From: Nemertoderma westbladi | Taxonomy: Eukaryota > Animalia > Xenacoelomorpha | Assembly: GCA_032718475.1 (NCBI GenBank) | Contig: JAUCBJ010000866.1 | Coordinates: 1 to 64,000, forward strand | Length of the DNA: 64,000 nucleotides | Direction of reading: 5' to 3' | In this document: piece by piece, positions 14,601-27,389 of the stretch | Position numbering within the stretch: position 1 is the first letter of the stretch | How the letters are laid out: each line of letters starts with the position of its first letter | Made by a program: the position numbers and the translations under genes | Notes under the pieces: generated by a model | Told to the model about the DNA's origin: nothing | Databases searched by the model: none | The model's input: only the letters and a program-made list of their open reading frames with translations

Positions 14601-15135
14601 ACATGTCGATGTGGATTGCATGTTGGTGGCAAAAATATTTTTGTTAAGCCAGCATATCATCTCAATGTGCAGCTTCATTATCGCTGCAGTTTGTATCGAA
14701 TGGCTCGCACCACAAACTCTGCCGGATAACAAATTGCCTGAAGGCAGCCCCTTCGTGTGTCGTCTGCGAGCGAGAGGGTCCATGGACTCAGGACCACCAC
14801 CCCCCCCCCCCCCCCCCCCGCCATCCTTTTTAACTCATTTTATGTATTTCTATTTTGTACGGACTCAGTATTTTTAAAGAATTTCATTCTTTGGGATTTC
14901 CACGTGATTTTAATTGAATCATCTTTTCTAAGTAAATAAACCAATTAAATTACTCTGTTTTTTATTAGTGTCAGATTATATTCACTGCGGTCACACAATA
15001 TTTACTCACGGTACCACTATTCAATATGCCGTTCTAGAACATTCCATTACCCGAGTAACGGATGTATCCGTGAGCTATGTGGAGTCGGGATAGCACCAAT
15101 AGTAATAATATAACATGGTTTACCAACATTTTTAG

Positions 15136-15288
15136 GATATTGATTACGACCAACCAAGTAAAGCCGGTACTTTGGGTAGATTGCACGGCCATTTAAAGAA
15201 GGCGGTCAACCATACAGTCTTCGTTTGGGGTATCCAAGTGATTATTCTACTAAATACACTCAGTATGGGAATTGAGTATCACAAACAG
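15136..15288 (+). CDS. Cav3: Cav3 exon: domain II S1
   Basis: tttag| DIDYDQ...FVWGIQVIILLNTLSMGIEYHKQ |gtagga. Confidence 0.92.
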
Positions 15289-15838
15289 GTAGGATAGCTG
15301 TGTTAATAGGCAGTTTATGTTAAAATTGCTTTTGATAGGCAACAAAAATCCAGTCAGTTATTTAAAAAACACAGACATTATTATTCGGCTTGGCGGATTA
15401 AATAATAATAGTATAACTATATATTCGATTCTAATAATGTTGCACCGTATTTCACTCCGGTTCGAGTGGGAATATTTCCATGAAGGAAGCGACTGAATTA
15501 ATTATCAGTATCTCGTTTGGGCAGTCTGTATCTGTGATGTATTACTGCAACCCATAGCCCAGCATTGTGTTTACTTTATTTCACGGTGATTTTCACGCCG
15601 AATTGAAAATAAATTATATTATATATTCCTATTTATTTTTTCGGATCTATAAGTTAAACTAAATAAGTGACAATGTCGCTGATAATTATTGTTCTGCCTT
15701 TTATATAAATAAGTTTCATTCTCTCCGTATCGTTTAGTCAAACTGCTCGTAACAACGATATTAATTATTATTAATTGGTTATGTTAATTAAATTGGTTCA
15801 TCGGGTTCTAACGTTTTTCTTCTCCTTTTCACTCGCAG

Positions 15839-15990
15839 CCCCAGATACTCACCGATATACTCGAAGTGAGTAATATTATATTCACCATTATATTCGCCGT
15901 GGAGATGACTATGAAGGTTGTAGCCTTTGGTCTTCTCAATTACCTGAAGGATGGATTCAACGTGTTCGACTCTATAATTGTTATTATCAG
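15839..15990 (+). CDS. Cav3: Cav3 exon: domain II S2-S3
   Basis: polypyrimidine+cag| PQILTDILEVSNIIFTIIFAVEMTMKVVAFGLLNYLKDGFNVFDSIIVII |gttggt. Confidence 0.93.
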
Positions 15991-17312
15991 GTTGGTGGCC
16001 GACATAAATTATTAATTCCGACAATAAATGTATCTCTCGTTAATTTATAACCCGCCCAGAAACCATGAAAAGTTATTAATTTTTAAATTATATAAACAAA
16101 CAAACTACCTATAGTTTATTACGAAACTGAAATTAAATATAATATTTTACTTTTGTCGACAAGGCGTCAGTGGATAATGGGATTTCGGAAATAATGATAA
16201 CTTATCATTTCGTGGGCTGGCATCATACCGGCTTCTGTTTTCTAGAAAAAGGCAGGAAACAGGTTGAATCCAATAAAATGTAATTATTGTTATAAAACGA
16301 GACGGACTGTCATATAAAGTATAAGATTATTTCGTGACCAAACAGCCAGAACAACACTCACCAAAAAATGTGGTTTCGATAAAAATGCAAATATTCTTGC
16401 AAACAATTTCTCATTTCCCTCTATATGGATCCCGTCTCCTAATTTTTTCGACAGAGGTCTGGGAAGATACAATGATACATTTTATAATATTGGCTAGCAT
16501 TCAGAATAAATTTTGTTAATGAAAAAAACTGTTTTTTTTCGTTATTTTCCAAAGAGACAAAACAACACATACTGAAATTGAACATTAACTCTAGTCTGTG
16601 TGTGTTGTTTTACCTCTAGGATTTTATCAAAGAAACATGAGAACTCACGTCATTCCTCGACTATTGAATGGTGTTTTTCCTGGTAAAGCATGATAGATAT
16701 TTAAATGTCGCGTCGGACTTACGCACATTACATTTCCATGCTGCGCTATTGGATATTTTTCGCCCTTTGCCAGGCTTCCTCCTATGTTTCCCTATGACGT
16801 CATTGCTATACCTAGACAAATTTGGACTAGGATCATCATCATCGTCACTATAACTAGATGTGGAATATAATTTAACTCTGTAAACTCCAAGTCATCAATA
16901 TACTCCATTTGTACATCGGCATTCTCAATCGAGCACATGTGATTTAAATGGTAATTTCTATAAATAGCCCTACTCCGATAATAACTTATTTGAAAGCAAG
17001 TAATTATATTAATTTAGATTTGATTCAATACTAACATTATTTAAAAATCAAATAGATTATGACTAAAGTATCATTTTCGGTGACTTGTTTTTTGGCCGTA
17101 AAGGCTCATCATCAGACCCTAAAAACGATATTACTGAACCGGTAATCTACATTACCACTTAACTAGCGTCAGGTAGTGCGGAATAGTTCATATTGATCAA
17201 CTTTGCCGCTAATTTAAATACATATTCCGAAAAATTTGGCTTCTTTTGATTTGTTTACAATATACAGGTGTTGTCATACATTGCATTGTGTGGTGTGGGT
17301 TGTTTTGCTTCG

Positions 17313-17905
17313 AATAAGTGTGGTATGTGTTGTTTTACCTCTAACAGTTTTCAACTTATATGTTGTGAGGGTTGTTCTGGTTTTCCATATCTCCTAAACG
17401 GACTGACATACAAGTCTAGTATTTTAACATAATAAGTGTGGTATGTGTTGTTTTACCTCTAACAGTTTTCAACTTATATGTTGTGAGGGTTGTTCTGGTT
17501 TTCCATATCTCCTAAACGGACTGACATACAAGTCTAGTATTTTAACATAATAAGTGTGGTATGTGTTGTTTTACCTCTAACAGTTTTCAACTTATATGTT
17601 GTGAGGGTTGTTCTGGTTTTCCATATCTCCTAAACGGACTGACATACAAGTCTAGTATTTTAACATAATAAGTGTGGTATGTGTTGTTTTACCTCTAACA
17701 GTTTTCAACTTATATGTTGTGAGGGTTGTTCTGGTTTTCCATATCTCCTAAACGGACTGACATACAAGTCTAGTATTTTAACATAATAAGTGTGTGGTAT
17801 GTGTTGTTTTACCTCTAACAGTTTTCAACTTATATGTTGTGAGGGTTGTTCTGGTTTTCCATATCTCCTAAACGGACTGACATACAAGTCTGAGATTTTA
17901 ACATA
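17313..17905. repeat. 118-bp tandem repeat, 5 near-identical copies
   Basis: gactgacata recurs at 17401, 17519 and onward at 118-bp spacing. Confidence 0.92.
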
Positions 17906-18128
17906 AGATGTAGAACGCCACCTTGAGTAATTTTGGTGAAAATTTTTTTTTTTAATTGTGGTATGTGTTGTTCTGGCTCTATGGTCACGATTTGTCATAG
18001 TTATTATTTTTAATTAGTTTATTATACTACAATTTGCACTTTAGCCATGTAGGATCTATTTTGAGTTTGCATATTTATGATTCATGAAGTTTTAGTTTAT
18101 TATTTATCAAACGCTATTTAATTTTTAG

Positions 18129-18314
18129 TGTTGTTGAACTAACTCAGGACAGCACGGGGGGGCTATCCGTATTACGTACGTTTCGTCTCTTGAGAATTCT
18201 CAAACTGGTTCGCTTTATGCCGGCATTGCGCCGACAATTTGTTATTATGTTGAAAACTATGGACAATGTCGCTACATTCTTCAGCCTTCTGCTTCTGTTT
18301 ATGTTTATTTTTAG
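18129..18314 (+). CDS. Cav3: Cav3 exon: domain II S4 voltage sensor and S5
   Basis: tttag| [52 protein letters not shown] ag|gtgagt. Confidence 0.95.
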
Positions 18315-18599
18315 GTGAGTATCGGCCTCAATGTGGTGGTCACATTATATTTACAGAAATTAGCAAAAGGTCTTAAATTAATAGTTACACATGTTTATTT
18401 AGTAGTTTATTAAGTTCTAAACAATATACAACAGACAATTATAACTATTTAGTATTTATCTAAATGGTAACTAAATATTCGGCTTTTATTCTTTGGTTTT
18501 GTCTTGGATGATGTTTTATACTGCCACGAAACAATATAAACCTACCCGATTGCATTATCTTGTATTAATTAAAAAGAGACGAAATATAAACATGAACAT

Positions 18600-21075
18600 A
18601 GTCTATAATAATGGGCATTGGACATGGTCTACAGTACTGGGCAATGGACATGGTCCACAATACTGGACAATGGACATGGTCCACAATACTGGACAATGGA
18701 CATGGTCCACATTACTGGACAATGGACAGGACATGGTCCACAATACTGGACAATGAGCATAGTCTACAATATTGGCAATGGACATGGTCCACAATACTGG
18801 ACAATCGACACGGTCCACAATACTGGAAAATGGACATGGTCCATAATACTGGACAATCGACACGGTCCACAATACTGGACATGGTCCACAATACTGGACA
18901 TGGTCCACAATACTGGACATGGTCCACAATACTGGACAATGGACAGGACATGGTCCACAATACTGGACAATGAGCATAGTCTACAATATTGGGCAATGGA
19001 CATGGTCCACAATACTGGACAATCGACACGGTCCACAATACTGGACAATGGACATGGTCCACAATACTGGACAATCGATACGGTCCACAATACTGGACAA
19101 TGGACATGGTCCACAATACTGGACAATGGACATGGTCCACAATAGCGGACAATGGACAGGACATGGTCCACAATACTAGACAACGAGCATAGTCTATAAT
19201 ATTGGGCAATGGATATGGTCTACAATACTGGACAATCGACACGGTCCACATTACTGGATAATGGACATGGTCCACAATACTGGACAATGGACATGGTCCA
19301 CAATACTGGACAATGGACATGGTCCACAAGTCAAGTATTGTGGACATGGTCCACAATACTTGACAATGGACATGGTTTACAATAATGTGCATTGGACATG
19401 GTCCACAATACTGGGCATTGGATATGGTCCACAATACTGGGCATTGGATATGGTCCATAATACTGGGCATTGGACATGGTCCCCAATACTGGGCATTGGA
19501 CATAGTCTACAATATTGGGCAATGGAGATGGTCCATAATACTGGGCATTGGACATGGTCCCCAATACTGGGCATTGGACATAGTCTACAATACTAGATAA
19601 TGGACATGGTTTACAATACTGGGCATTGGATATGGTCCACAATACTGGGCAATGGACATGATCCACAATACTGGGTAATGGACATGGTCCACAATACTGG
19701 ACAGTGGACATGGTCCACAATACTGGACAATGGACATTGTTCACAATACTGGGCATTGGACATGGTCCACAATACTGTGCATTGGACATGGTCTACAATA
19801 CTGGGCATTGGATATGGTCCACAATACTGGGCATTTGACAGGACATGGTCCACAATACTGGGCATTGGACATGGTCTACAATACTGGGCATTGGATATGG
19901 TCCACAATACTGGGCATTGGACATGGTCCCCAATACTGGGCATTGGACATAGTCTACAATATTGGGCAATGGAGATGGTCCACAATATTTGGCAATGGAC
20001 ATGGTCCACAATACTGGGCAATGGGCATGGTCTACAATACTGGACAATGAACATAGTCTACAATATTGGGCAATGGACACGGTCCACAATACTGGACAAT
20101 GGACACGGTCCACAATACTGGACAGTGGACATGGTCCACAATACTAGACAATGGACATTGTTTACAATACTGGGCATTGGATATGGTCCACAATACTGGG
20201 CAATGGACATGGTCCACAATACTGGGTAATGGACATGGTCCACAATACTGGACAGTGGACATGGTCCACAATACTGGACAATGGACATGGTTCACAATAC
20301 TGTGCATTGGACATGGTCCACAATACTGTGCATTGGACATGGTCCACAATACTGGGCATTGGATATGGTCCACAATACTGGGCATTTGACAGGACATGGT
20401 CCACAATACTGGGCATTAGACATGGTCTACACTACTGGGCATTGGATATGGTCCACAATACTGGGCATTGGACATGGTCCCCAATACTGGGCATTGGACA
20501 TTATCTACAATATTGGGCAATGGAGATGGTCCACAATATTTGGCAATGGACATGGTCCACAATACTGGGCAATGGACACGGTCCACAATACTGGACAATG
20601 GACAGGACAATGGACATGGTCCACAATACTGGACAATGGACAGGACATGGTCCACAATACTGGGCATTGGACATGGTTCACAATACTGGGCATTGGACAT
20701 GGTCCACAATACTGGGCATTGGATATGGTCCACAATACTGGGCATTGAACAGGACATGGTCCACAATACTGGGCATTGGACATGGTCCACAATACTAGGC
20801 ATTGGACATGGTCCATAATACTGGGCATTGGACATGGTCCACAATACTGGGCAATGGACATGGTCCACAATACTGGGCATTGGACATGGTCCATAATACT
20901 GGGCATTAGACATGGTCCACAATACTGGGCATTGGACATGGTCCATAATACTGGGCATTGGACATGGTCCACACTACTGGGCATTGGACATGGTCCACAA
21001 TACTAGGCAATGGACATGGTCCACAATACTGGACAATGGACGTGCACGTGACCCACAATAATGGCATTGGACATT
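18600..21075. repeat. 26-bp minisatellite
   Basis: unit catggtccacaatactgg(a/g)ca(a/t)tgga; source of many spurious ORFs. Confidence 0.93.
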
Positions 21076-21385
21076 TGAATCCCCGTGGAAGCATTTTATG
21101 TTATAAGAGACAAATAACTAGTAAAGATGACAGAATAATATTATGTTAGCATCGTATATTCGTAATATAACGTACTTTACAGACAAGACACACAAATAGC
21201 GGTCAAAATATCACCACATTAATAAGTAAAAATAAATAAATACAAAATCACGAAATAATAATAAAAAAAATAAAAGTTAATCTCACCAATTAATAGGCGT
21301 CTAACTTCGTACAGGTGGCTAAGAGCAATAATAATTAGCAGCAACGCAACATTATTTATATAATCACTAATTAGTATTTATTTAA

Positions 21386-21689
21386 TTAACGCTGTTTCTG
21401 CATAAACAGAGAGTAGTCCGAAGGACTGAGTTCGTCTTTAAGTTCGCCGTTACCGTTGTCTTTACTTTGGATCTTCCGGTAGTAATGTTTGGGTGGCTCT
21501 GGTCGCCCCCTCGCCCAACTACTCAGGTACTCGCGGCTATGTTCGTGGCACTCACTGTCCACTTCGATCTTACCCAATCGGATTTGTTCCTCCACGAACA
21601 CCGGATACGGAGTGACGTCACGGTCCCGAATGATCGCTTCTACAAGTTGCAGGGCCATGTATTCATGTAACGCTAAGCGACCGTGGTAC
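21386..21689 (-). CDS. Nested antisense gene, terminal exon 4
   Basis: tatag| phase 2, YHGRLALHEYMALQLVEAIIRD...FMQKQR*; AATAAA on the minus strand at about 21377-21382, just past the stop. Confidence 0.78.
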
Positions 21690-21911
21690 CTATATATATA
21701 AAATGAATCAAAAAGAGAATAGCAATTAATCAGCTGTTATTTGCATCGATTTTCCCCTGCAGGGATGCCATTTTGAATTTTGAAATCAAGATCCCAACCC
21801 TTCAACCTGCAACTTACTATTAATAAGAGTTCTTATAATCATTATCCAATGAAATAAATAATTTGTTTGTCACTAGACTAAATTATTTAAACAACATTAT
21901 TATTTACTTAC

Positions 21912-22064
21912 TTTTTAATGATTGGATGTGACACTGATTGGATGGCAGCGACGTCAGCCTCCACTGCCCCATGCGAGAGAGCTGCCAGTTCTGCGATCGT
22001 TATGGAGAACTGAGTTGCGAAACAATCTCCTCCTATTCGCTCTGAGGCGTGGGGGTCACCGGAT
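21912..22064 (-). CDS. Nested antisense gene, coding exon 3
   Basis: cttctccatag| acceptor, 153 nt open (SGDPHASERIGGDCFATQFSITIAELAALSHGAVEADVAAIQSVSHPIIK), aa|gtaagt donor; phase 2/2. Confidence 0.78.
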
Positions 22065-22134
22065 CTATGGAGAAGTACGAGGTTTATTTATATAACGAGT
22101 CACTCATTTAGTCATTGATTCAGTCTTATTGGGA

Positions 22135-24350
22135 AGCAGCCAATCTGTCACTCTCTTCGTTAAACTCAGTTAATGTGCCACTCTCTTCGTTAAACTCAGT
22201 TAGTGTGCCACTCTCTTCGTTAAACTCAGTTAATGTACCACTCTCTTTGGGAATAGTCCGTCAATGTGCCAATCTATTCGTGAATAGTCTGTCAATGTGC
22301 CACTCTCTTTGGGAAGGGTCGGTCAATGTGCCACTCTCTTTTGGAAGAGTCGGTCAATGTGCCACTCTCTTTGTGAATAGTCAGTTAATTTGCCACTCTC
22401 TTTGTGAATATAGTCAGTTAATGTGCCACTCTCTTTGTGAATAGTCAGTTAATGTGCCACTCTCTTTGTGAATAGTTCGTCACAATGTGCCAATCTATTC
22501 GTGAATAGTCTGTCAATCTGCCACTCTCTTTGGGAAGGGTCGGTCAATGTGCTACTCTCTTTGTGAATAGTCAGATAATTTGCCACTCCCTTTGTGAATA
22601 GTCCGTCAATGTCCGTCCGTCTGTCAATGTGCCCCTTTCTTTGGGAAGATTCTGTCAAAGTGCCACTTTCTTTGGGAAGAGTCTGTCAAAGTGCCACTCT
22701 CTTTGTGTATAGTCTGTCAATGTGCCACTATCTTAATCAATAGTCAGCTAGTGTGCCACTCTCTTTGGGAAGAGTCTGTCAACGTGCCATTTTATTTGTG
22801 AATAGTCAATTAATGTGCCTCTATCTTAGTGAATAGTCAATCAATGGGCAACTCTATTTGTGAATAGTCAGTCAATGTGCCACTCTCTTTGTGAATAATC
22901 AGTTAATGTGCCACTATCTTTATGAAATGTCTGTCAATGTGCCACAACATTCTTGAATAGTCTGTCAATGTGCCACTCTCTTTGCGAATAGTCTGTCAAT
23001 GTGCCACTCTCTTAGTCAATAGTCCGTCAATGTGCCACTATCTTAGTCAATAGTCTCTCAATGTGCCACTTTCTTTGGGAAGAGTCTGTCAAAGTGCCAC
23101 TTTCTTTGGGAAGAGTCTGTCAAAGTGCCACTCTCTTTGTGAATAGTCAGTTAATGTGCCACTTTATTTGTGTATAGTCTGTCAATGTGCCACTATCTTA
23201 GTCAATAGTCAGTTAATGTGCCACTCTCTTTGGGAAGAGTCTGTCAACGTGCCACTTTCTTTGTGAATAGTCAATAAATGTGCCACTATCTTTGTGAATA
23301 GTCAGTTAATGTGTCACTATATTTGTGAATAGTCGATCAATGTGCCACTCTCTTTGTGAATAGTCTGTCAATGTGCCACTCTCTTTGTGAATAGTTAGTT
23401 AATGTGCCACTCTCTTTGTGAATAGTTAGTTAATGTGCCACTCTCTTTGTGAATAGTCAGTTAATGTGCCACTCTCTTTGTGAATAGTCAGTTAATGGGC
23501 CACTTTATTTGTGTCTATGTCTGTCAATATAAGTCTGTCAATGTGCCACTATCTTAGTCAATAGTCAGTTAATGTGCCACTCTCTTTGGGAAGAGTCTGT
23601 CAACGTGCCACTCTCTTTGTGAATAGTTAGTTAATGTGCCACTCTCTTTGTGAATAGTTAGTTAATGTGCCACTCTCTTTGTGAATAGTCAGTTAATGTG
23701 CCACTCTCTTTGTGAATAGTCAGTTAATGGGCCACTTTATTTGTGTCTATGTCTGTCAATATAAGTCTGTCAATGTGCCACTATCTTAGTCAATATTAAT
23801 GTGCAACTCTCTTTGTGAATAGTTAGTTAATGCGCCACTCTCTTTGTGAATAGGTAGTTAATGCGCCACTCTCTTTGTGAATAGTCAATTAATGTGCCAC
23901 TATCTTTGTGAATAGTTAGTTAATGTGCCACTCTCTTTGTAAATAGTCAGTTAATGTGCCACTCTCTTTGTGAATAGTTAGTTAATGTGCCACTCTCTTT
24001 GTAAATAGTCAGTTAATGTGCAACTCTCTTTGTGAATAGTTAGTTAATGCGCCACTCTCTTTGTGAATAGTCAATTAATGTGCCACTCTCTTTGTGAATA
24101 GTTAGTTAATGTGCCACTCTCTTTGTAAATAGTCAGTTAATGTGCAACTCTCTTTGTGAATAGTTAGTTAATGCGCCACTCTCTTTGTGAATAGTCAATT
24201 AATGTGCCACTCTCTTTGTGAATAGTTAGTTAATGTGCCACTCTCTTTGTAAATAGTCAGTTAATGTGCCACTCTCTTTGTGAATAGTCAGTTAATTTGC
24301 CACTATATTTGTGAATAGTCGATCAATATGCCACTCCCTTTGGGAAGTCA
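22135..24350. repeat. 31-bp minisatellite (inside intron 2 of the nested gene)
   Basis: unit gtgaatagtcagttaatgtgccactctcttt. Confidence 0.92.
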
Positions 24351-24583
24351 GCCATTGTCAGTCTTTTAGAGATGTGTCCAGTCTTGACATTCTGCCGATA
24401 GATCGAGAAACCAATCCATGGTTTGCGTATTTTTAATTCGCACGAGGCGACAATACAGGGTAAATGTAAATAAAATTATATTCTGTAGTATTCTGTTTAT
24501 GTTGAGTCGAACCATTATGTTGTGGACTGAATCGGTCTATTTCTCCAATCTGTCCGCGTTAACTAATTTGTACCGATCCTTAC

Positions 24584-24712
24584 CTCCCTGCTGGATCGTA
24601 GGTTCTTTCCCCTGGAATATATATGGATCTCCGAGACCCAGATCTATGTTGCTGTATTATTATCTCTCCCACCCAATTAATTCCCCACCGCTCCACTGGT
24701 TTTTTGGAATAT
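24584..24712 (-). CDS. Nested antisense gene, coding exon 2
   Basis: long polypyrimidine+cag| acceptor, 129 nt open (YSKKPVERWGINWVGEIII...YIPGERTYDPAG), gag|gtaagg donor; phase 2/2. Confidence 0.75.
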
Positions 24713-24904
24713 CTGTGAGAGAAACAAATTAAGCGATTTAGAGAAAATAAAGTCAGTGTCAGAAAATATAATACAATTAACTAATACATTTGTTTTGATT
24801 TGTTTTTAGGTTATTGCATTCTTTAATTGTGAATGTTTATCTAATATACTGTATGGTATTTGATTTCATTTTAGTTTACTCTTCATTCTGTCCTCACAAA
24901 CATG

Positions 24905-25195
24905 TGCGGCGCTGTTTCTGTGCGCTGTTTCTATGCGCTGTTTCTGTGCGCTGTTTCTATGCGCTGTTTATGTGCGCTGTTTCTGTGCGCTGTTTCTGTG
25001 CGCTGTTTCTGTGCGCTGTTTCTGTGCGCTGTTTCTGTGCGCTGTTTATGTGCGCTGTTTCTGTGCGCTGTTTATGTGCGCTGTTTCTGTGCGCTGTTTC
25101 TGTGCGCTGTTTATGTGCGCTGTTTATGTGCGCTGTTTATGTGCGCTGTTTATGTGCGCTGTTTATGTGCGCTGTTTATGTGCGCTGTTTCTGTG
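24905..25195. repeat. 13-bp minisatellite
   Basis: unit gtgcgctgttt(c/a)t. Confidence 0.9.
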
Positions 25196-25604
25196 TGATG
25201 TTAATTTGAGGGTGGATGTTAATGTGAATTTGATTTAATGGGAGTTAATTTGAGTTATATCAATTAAAAAACAGCTCTCTTGATCTCTAGACATTAATCA
25301 TTTGAAATGGTCAATCGCCAATAAGTGCAAATCATCGTTGTCGTCACAATTTTCATGCTAATAACTTTGTCGGATTTAAAGCTGTCGAGTTGAAAATTTG
25401 TAGGTATCAATAAGATCAAAGTTTGAGAGGTCTTTTAATTCTGTTTAATCTGAAAAAAATTGGCAGATATATGTACTAGACAATAATGCCTAAAATTCCA
25501 CAATATGTCATATATTATGACGTAGGTCTAGGGCTGGAAGACGAAGACAACTTTAATTGTGTTTGAGCCGCCACTCGTGCAATCTGCGAAAACTGCCTGG
25601 TGGA

Positions 25605-26342
25605 ATCTAAAGTACTCCGGGATATAAAGTCCTCCGGGATATAAAGTCCTCCGGGATCTAAAGTCCTCCGGGATATAAAGTCCTCCGGGATATAAAGTCC
25701 TCCAGGAAATAAAGTCCTCCGGGATATAAGGTCCTCCGGGATATACAGTCCTCCAGGATATAAAGTCCTCAGGGATATAAAGTCCTCCGGGATATAAAGT
25801 CATCCAGGATATAAAGTCCTCCGGGATATAAAGTCCTCCGGGATATAAAGTCCTCAGGATATAAAGTCCTCCGGGATTTAAAGTCCTCCAGGATATAAAG
25901 TCCTCAGGATATAAAGTCCTCCGGGATCTAAAGTCCTCCGGGATCTAAAGTCCTCCGGGATCTAAAGTCCTCCGGGATATAAAGTCCTCCGGGATATAAA
26001 GTCCTCCGGGATATAAAGTCCTCCGGGATATAAAGTCCTCCGGGATATAAAGTCCTCCGGGATATAAAGACCTCCGTGATATAAAGTCCTCCAGGATATA
26101 AAGTCCTCCGGGATATAAAGTCCTCAGGATATATAGTCCTCCGGGATATAAAGTCATCCAGGATATAAAGTCATCAGGATATAAAGTCCTCCGGGATATA
26201 AAGTCCTCCAGGATATAAAGTCCTCCAGGATATAAAATCCTCAGGATATAAAGTCCTCCGGGATATAAAGTCCTCCAGGATATAAAGTCCTCCAGGATAT
26301 AAAGTCCTCCGGGATATAAAGTCCTCCGGGATCTAAAGTCCC
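25605..26342. repeat. 17-bp minisatellite
   Basis: unit ccgggatataaagtcct. Confidence 0.92.
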
Positions 26343-26669
26343 TCAACCTCGATGATGGCTAGCTGTTCTGTCTCGCCCCCGTGCACTCTGGACTCTGTTA
26401 AGGTTCCCCCAACCTCGATGATGGCTAGCTGTTCTGTCTCGCCCCCGTGCACTCTGGACTCTGTTAAGGTTCCCCCAACCTCGATGATGGCTAGCTGTTC
26501 TGTCTCGCCCCCGTGCTCTCTGGACTCTGTTAAGGTTCCCCCAACCTCGATGATGGCTAGCTGTTCTGTCTCGCCCCCGTGCACTCTGGACTCTGTTAAG
26601 GTTCCCCCAACCTCGATGATGGCTAGCTGTTCTGTCTCGCCCCCGTGCACTCTGGACTCTGTTAAGGTT
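26343..26669. repeat. 66-bp tandem repeat, 5 copies
   Basis: unit caacctcgatgatggctagctgttctgtctcgcccccgtgcactctggactctgttaaggttcccc. Confidence 0.92.
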
Positions 26670-27105
26670 TATGCGGCGACGAGTTCGCTACGACTGCCTC
26701 ACCTTCCTTATCATTAACGTCGAGTTTTACTGCCGGTCTGGTTGGCGGTCTGACATTAAATATTTGTTGATAATATTTAACTATCAGTACCCTCGGCCGG
26801 CCTACTACTAACTGTACTTATTGCAGTTTATTGACATAATAAATATTATAGGCCTATCTATCGCCCTCAACTACTATACATCACTTTACGACATTCAGAC
26901 ATTGATACAATCCAATGACCTCACGTTATTTCCCACAATATTTTAACGTAGCATACGTAATTAACATTCATCGCTACCGAGTCCATTTGTTTCCGGTTAT
27001 TGTATTGACTTGGCTGCACTGCAACATTACGATGAAGTTTCTTTCATTCTCATTGTGTGTATGTATGTGCCAGGCACTAAACTACTGTTTTACTATCTTA
27101 CTAAC

Positions 27106-27389
27106 TTGGCTGTCCAACCCAAGGGTGGCTTAGGACTCAATGACAGATCGATATTCGCCTTGGAACTAAATCTCGACTTGGAGCTTTCTTCGTATGCCGT
27201 GGCAGTCTCTTTGAAATCGAAAATAAATCTGCGTCCTTTAACATCCTCCTGGTACTCGTAGCAGTTACTCACGCTGTTAGGCAGTCTTTCCACGGTCAGC
27301 AGTAGAGCGGACTCCACGCCGTTCGAGCCATCGCAGGTTTTAAGAAATTCTCTGAGTTTCGGTTTTATCATTAAACTATTGTTTGTCAT
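27106..27389 (-). CDS. Nested antisense gene, coding exon 1 (uncharacterised 289-aa protein)
   Basis: ATG in aacaatATG context with an upstream in-frame stop; MTNNSLMIKPKLREFLK...KPPLGWTA; gccaa|gttagt donor, phase 2. Confidence 0.65.

Noticed and set aside
18493-21149. Many overlapping Cys/Trp/His-rich ORFs on both strands
   Set aside because: They are translations of the 26-bp repeat in all frames, with no splice or homology support
21425-21445. KDEL in the nested protein as an ER retention signal
   Set aside because: It lies 14 residues before the C-terminus and no signal peptide is evident
21467-21670. Plus-strand ORF as an alternative Cav3 turret exon (12b)
   Set aside because: No LGM.LFG/RKNFD/VFQ similarity; it is the antisense shadow of nested exon 4
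25515-25606. Extra minus-strand exon of the nested gene
   Set aside because: All three frames reach stops and there is no convincing donor; exon 1 already joins exon 2 in phase
24814-26346. Cys-rich and TLYPGG-repeat ORFs
   Set aside because: Artefacts of the 13-bp and 17-bp arrays
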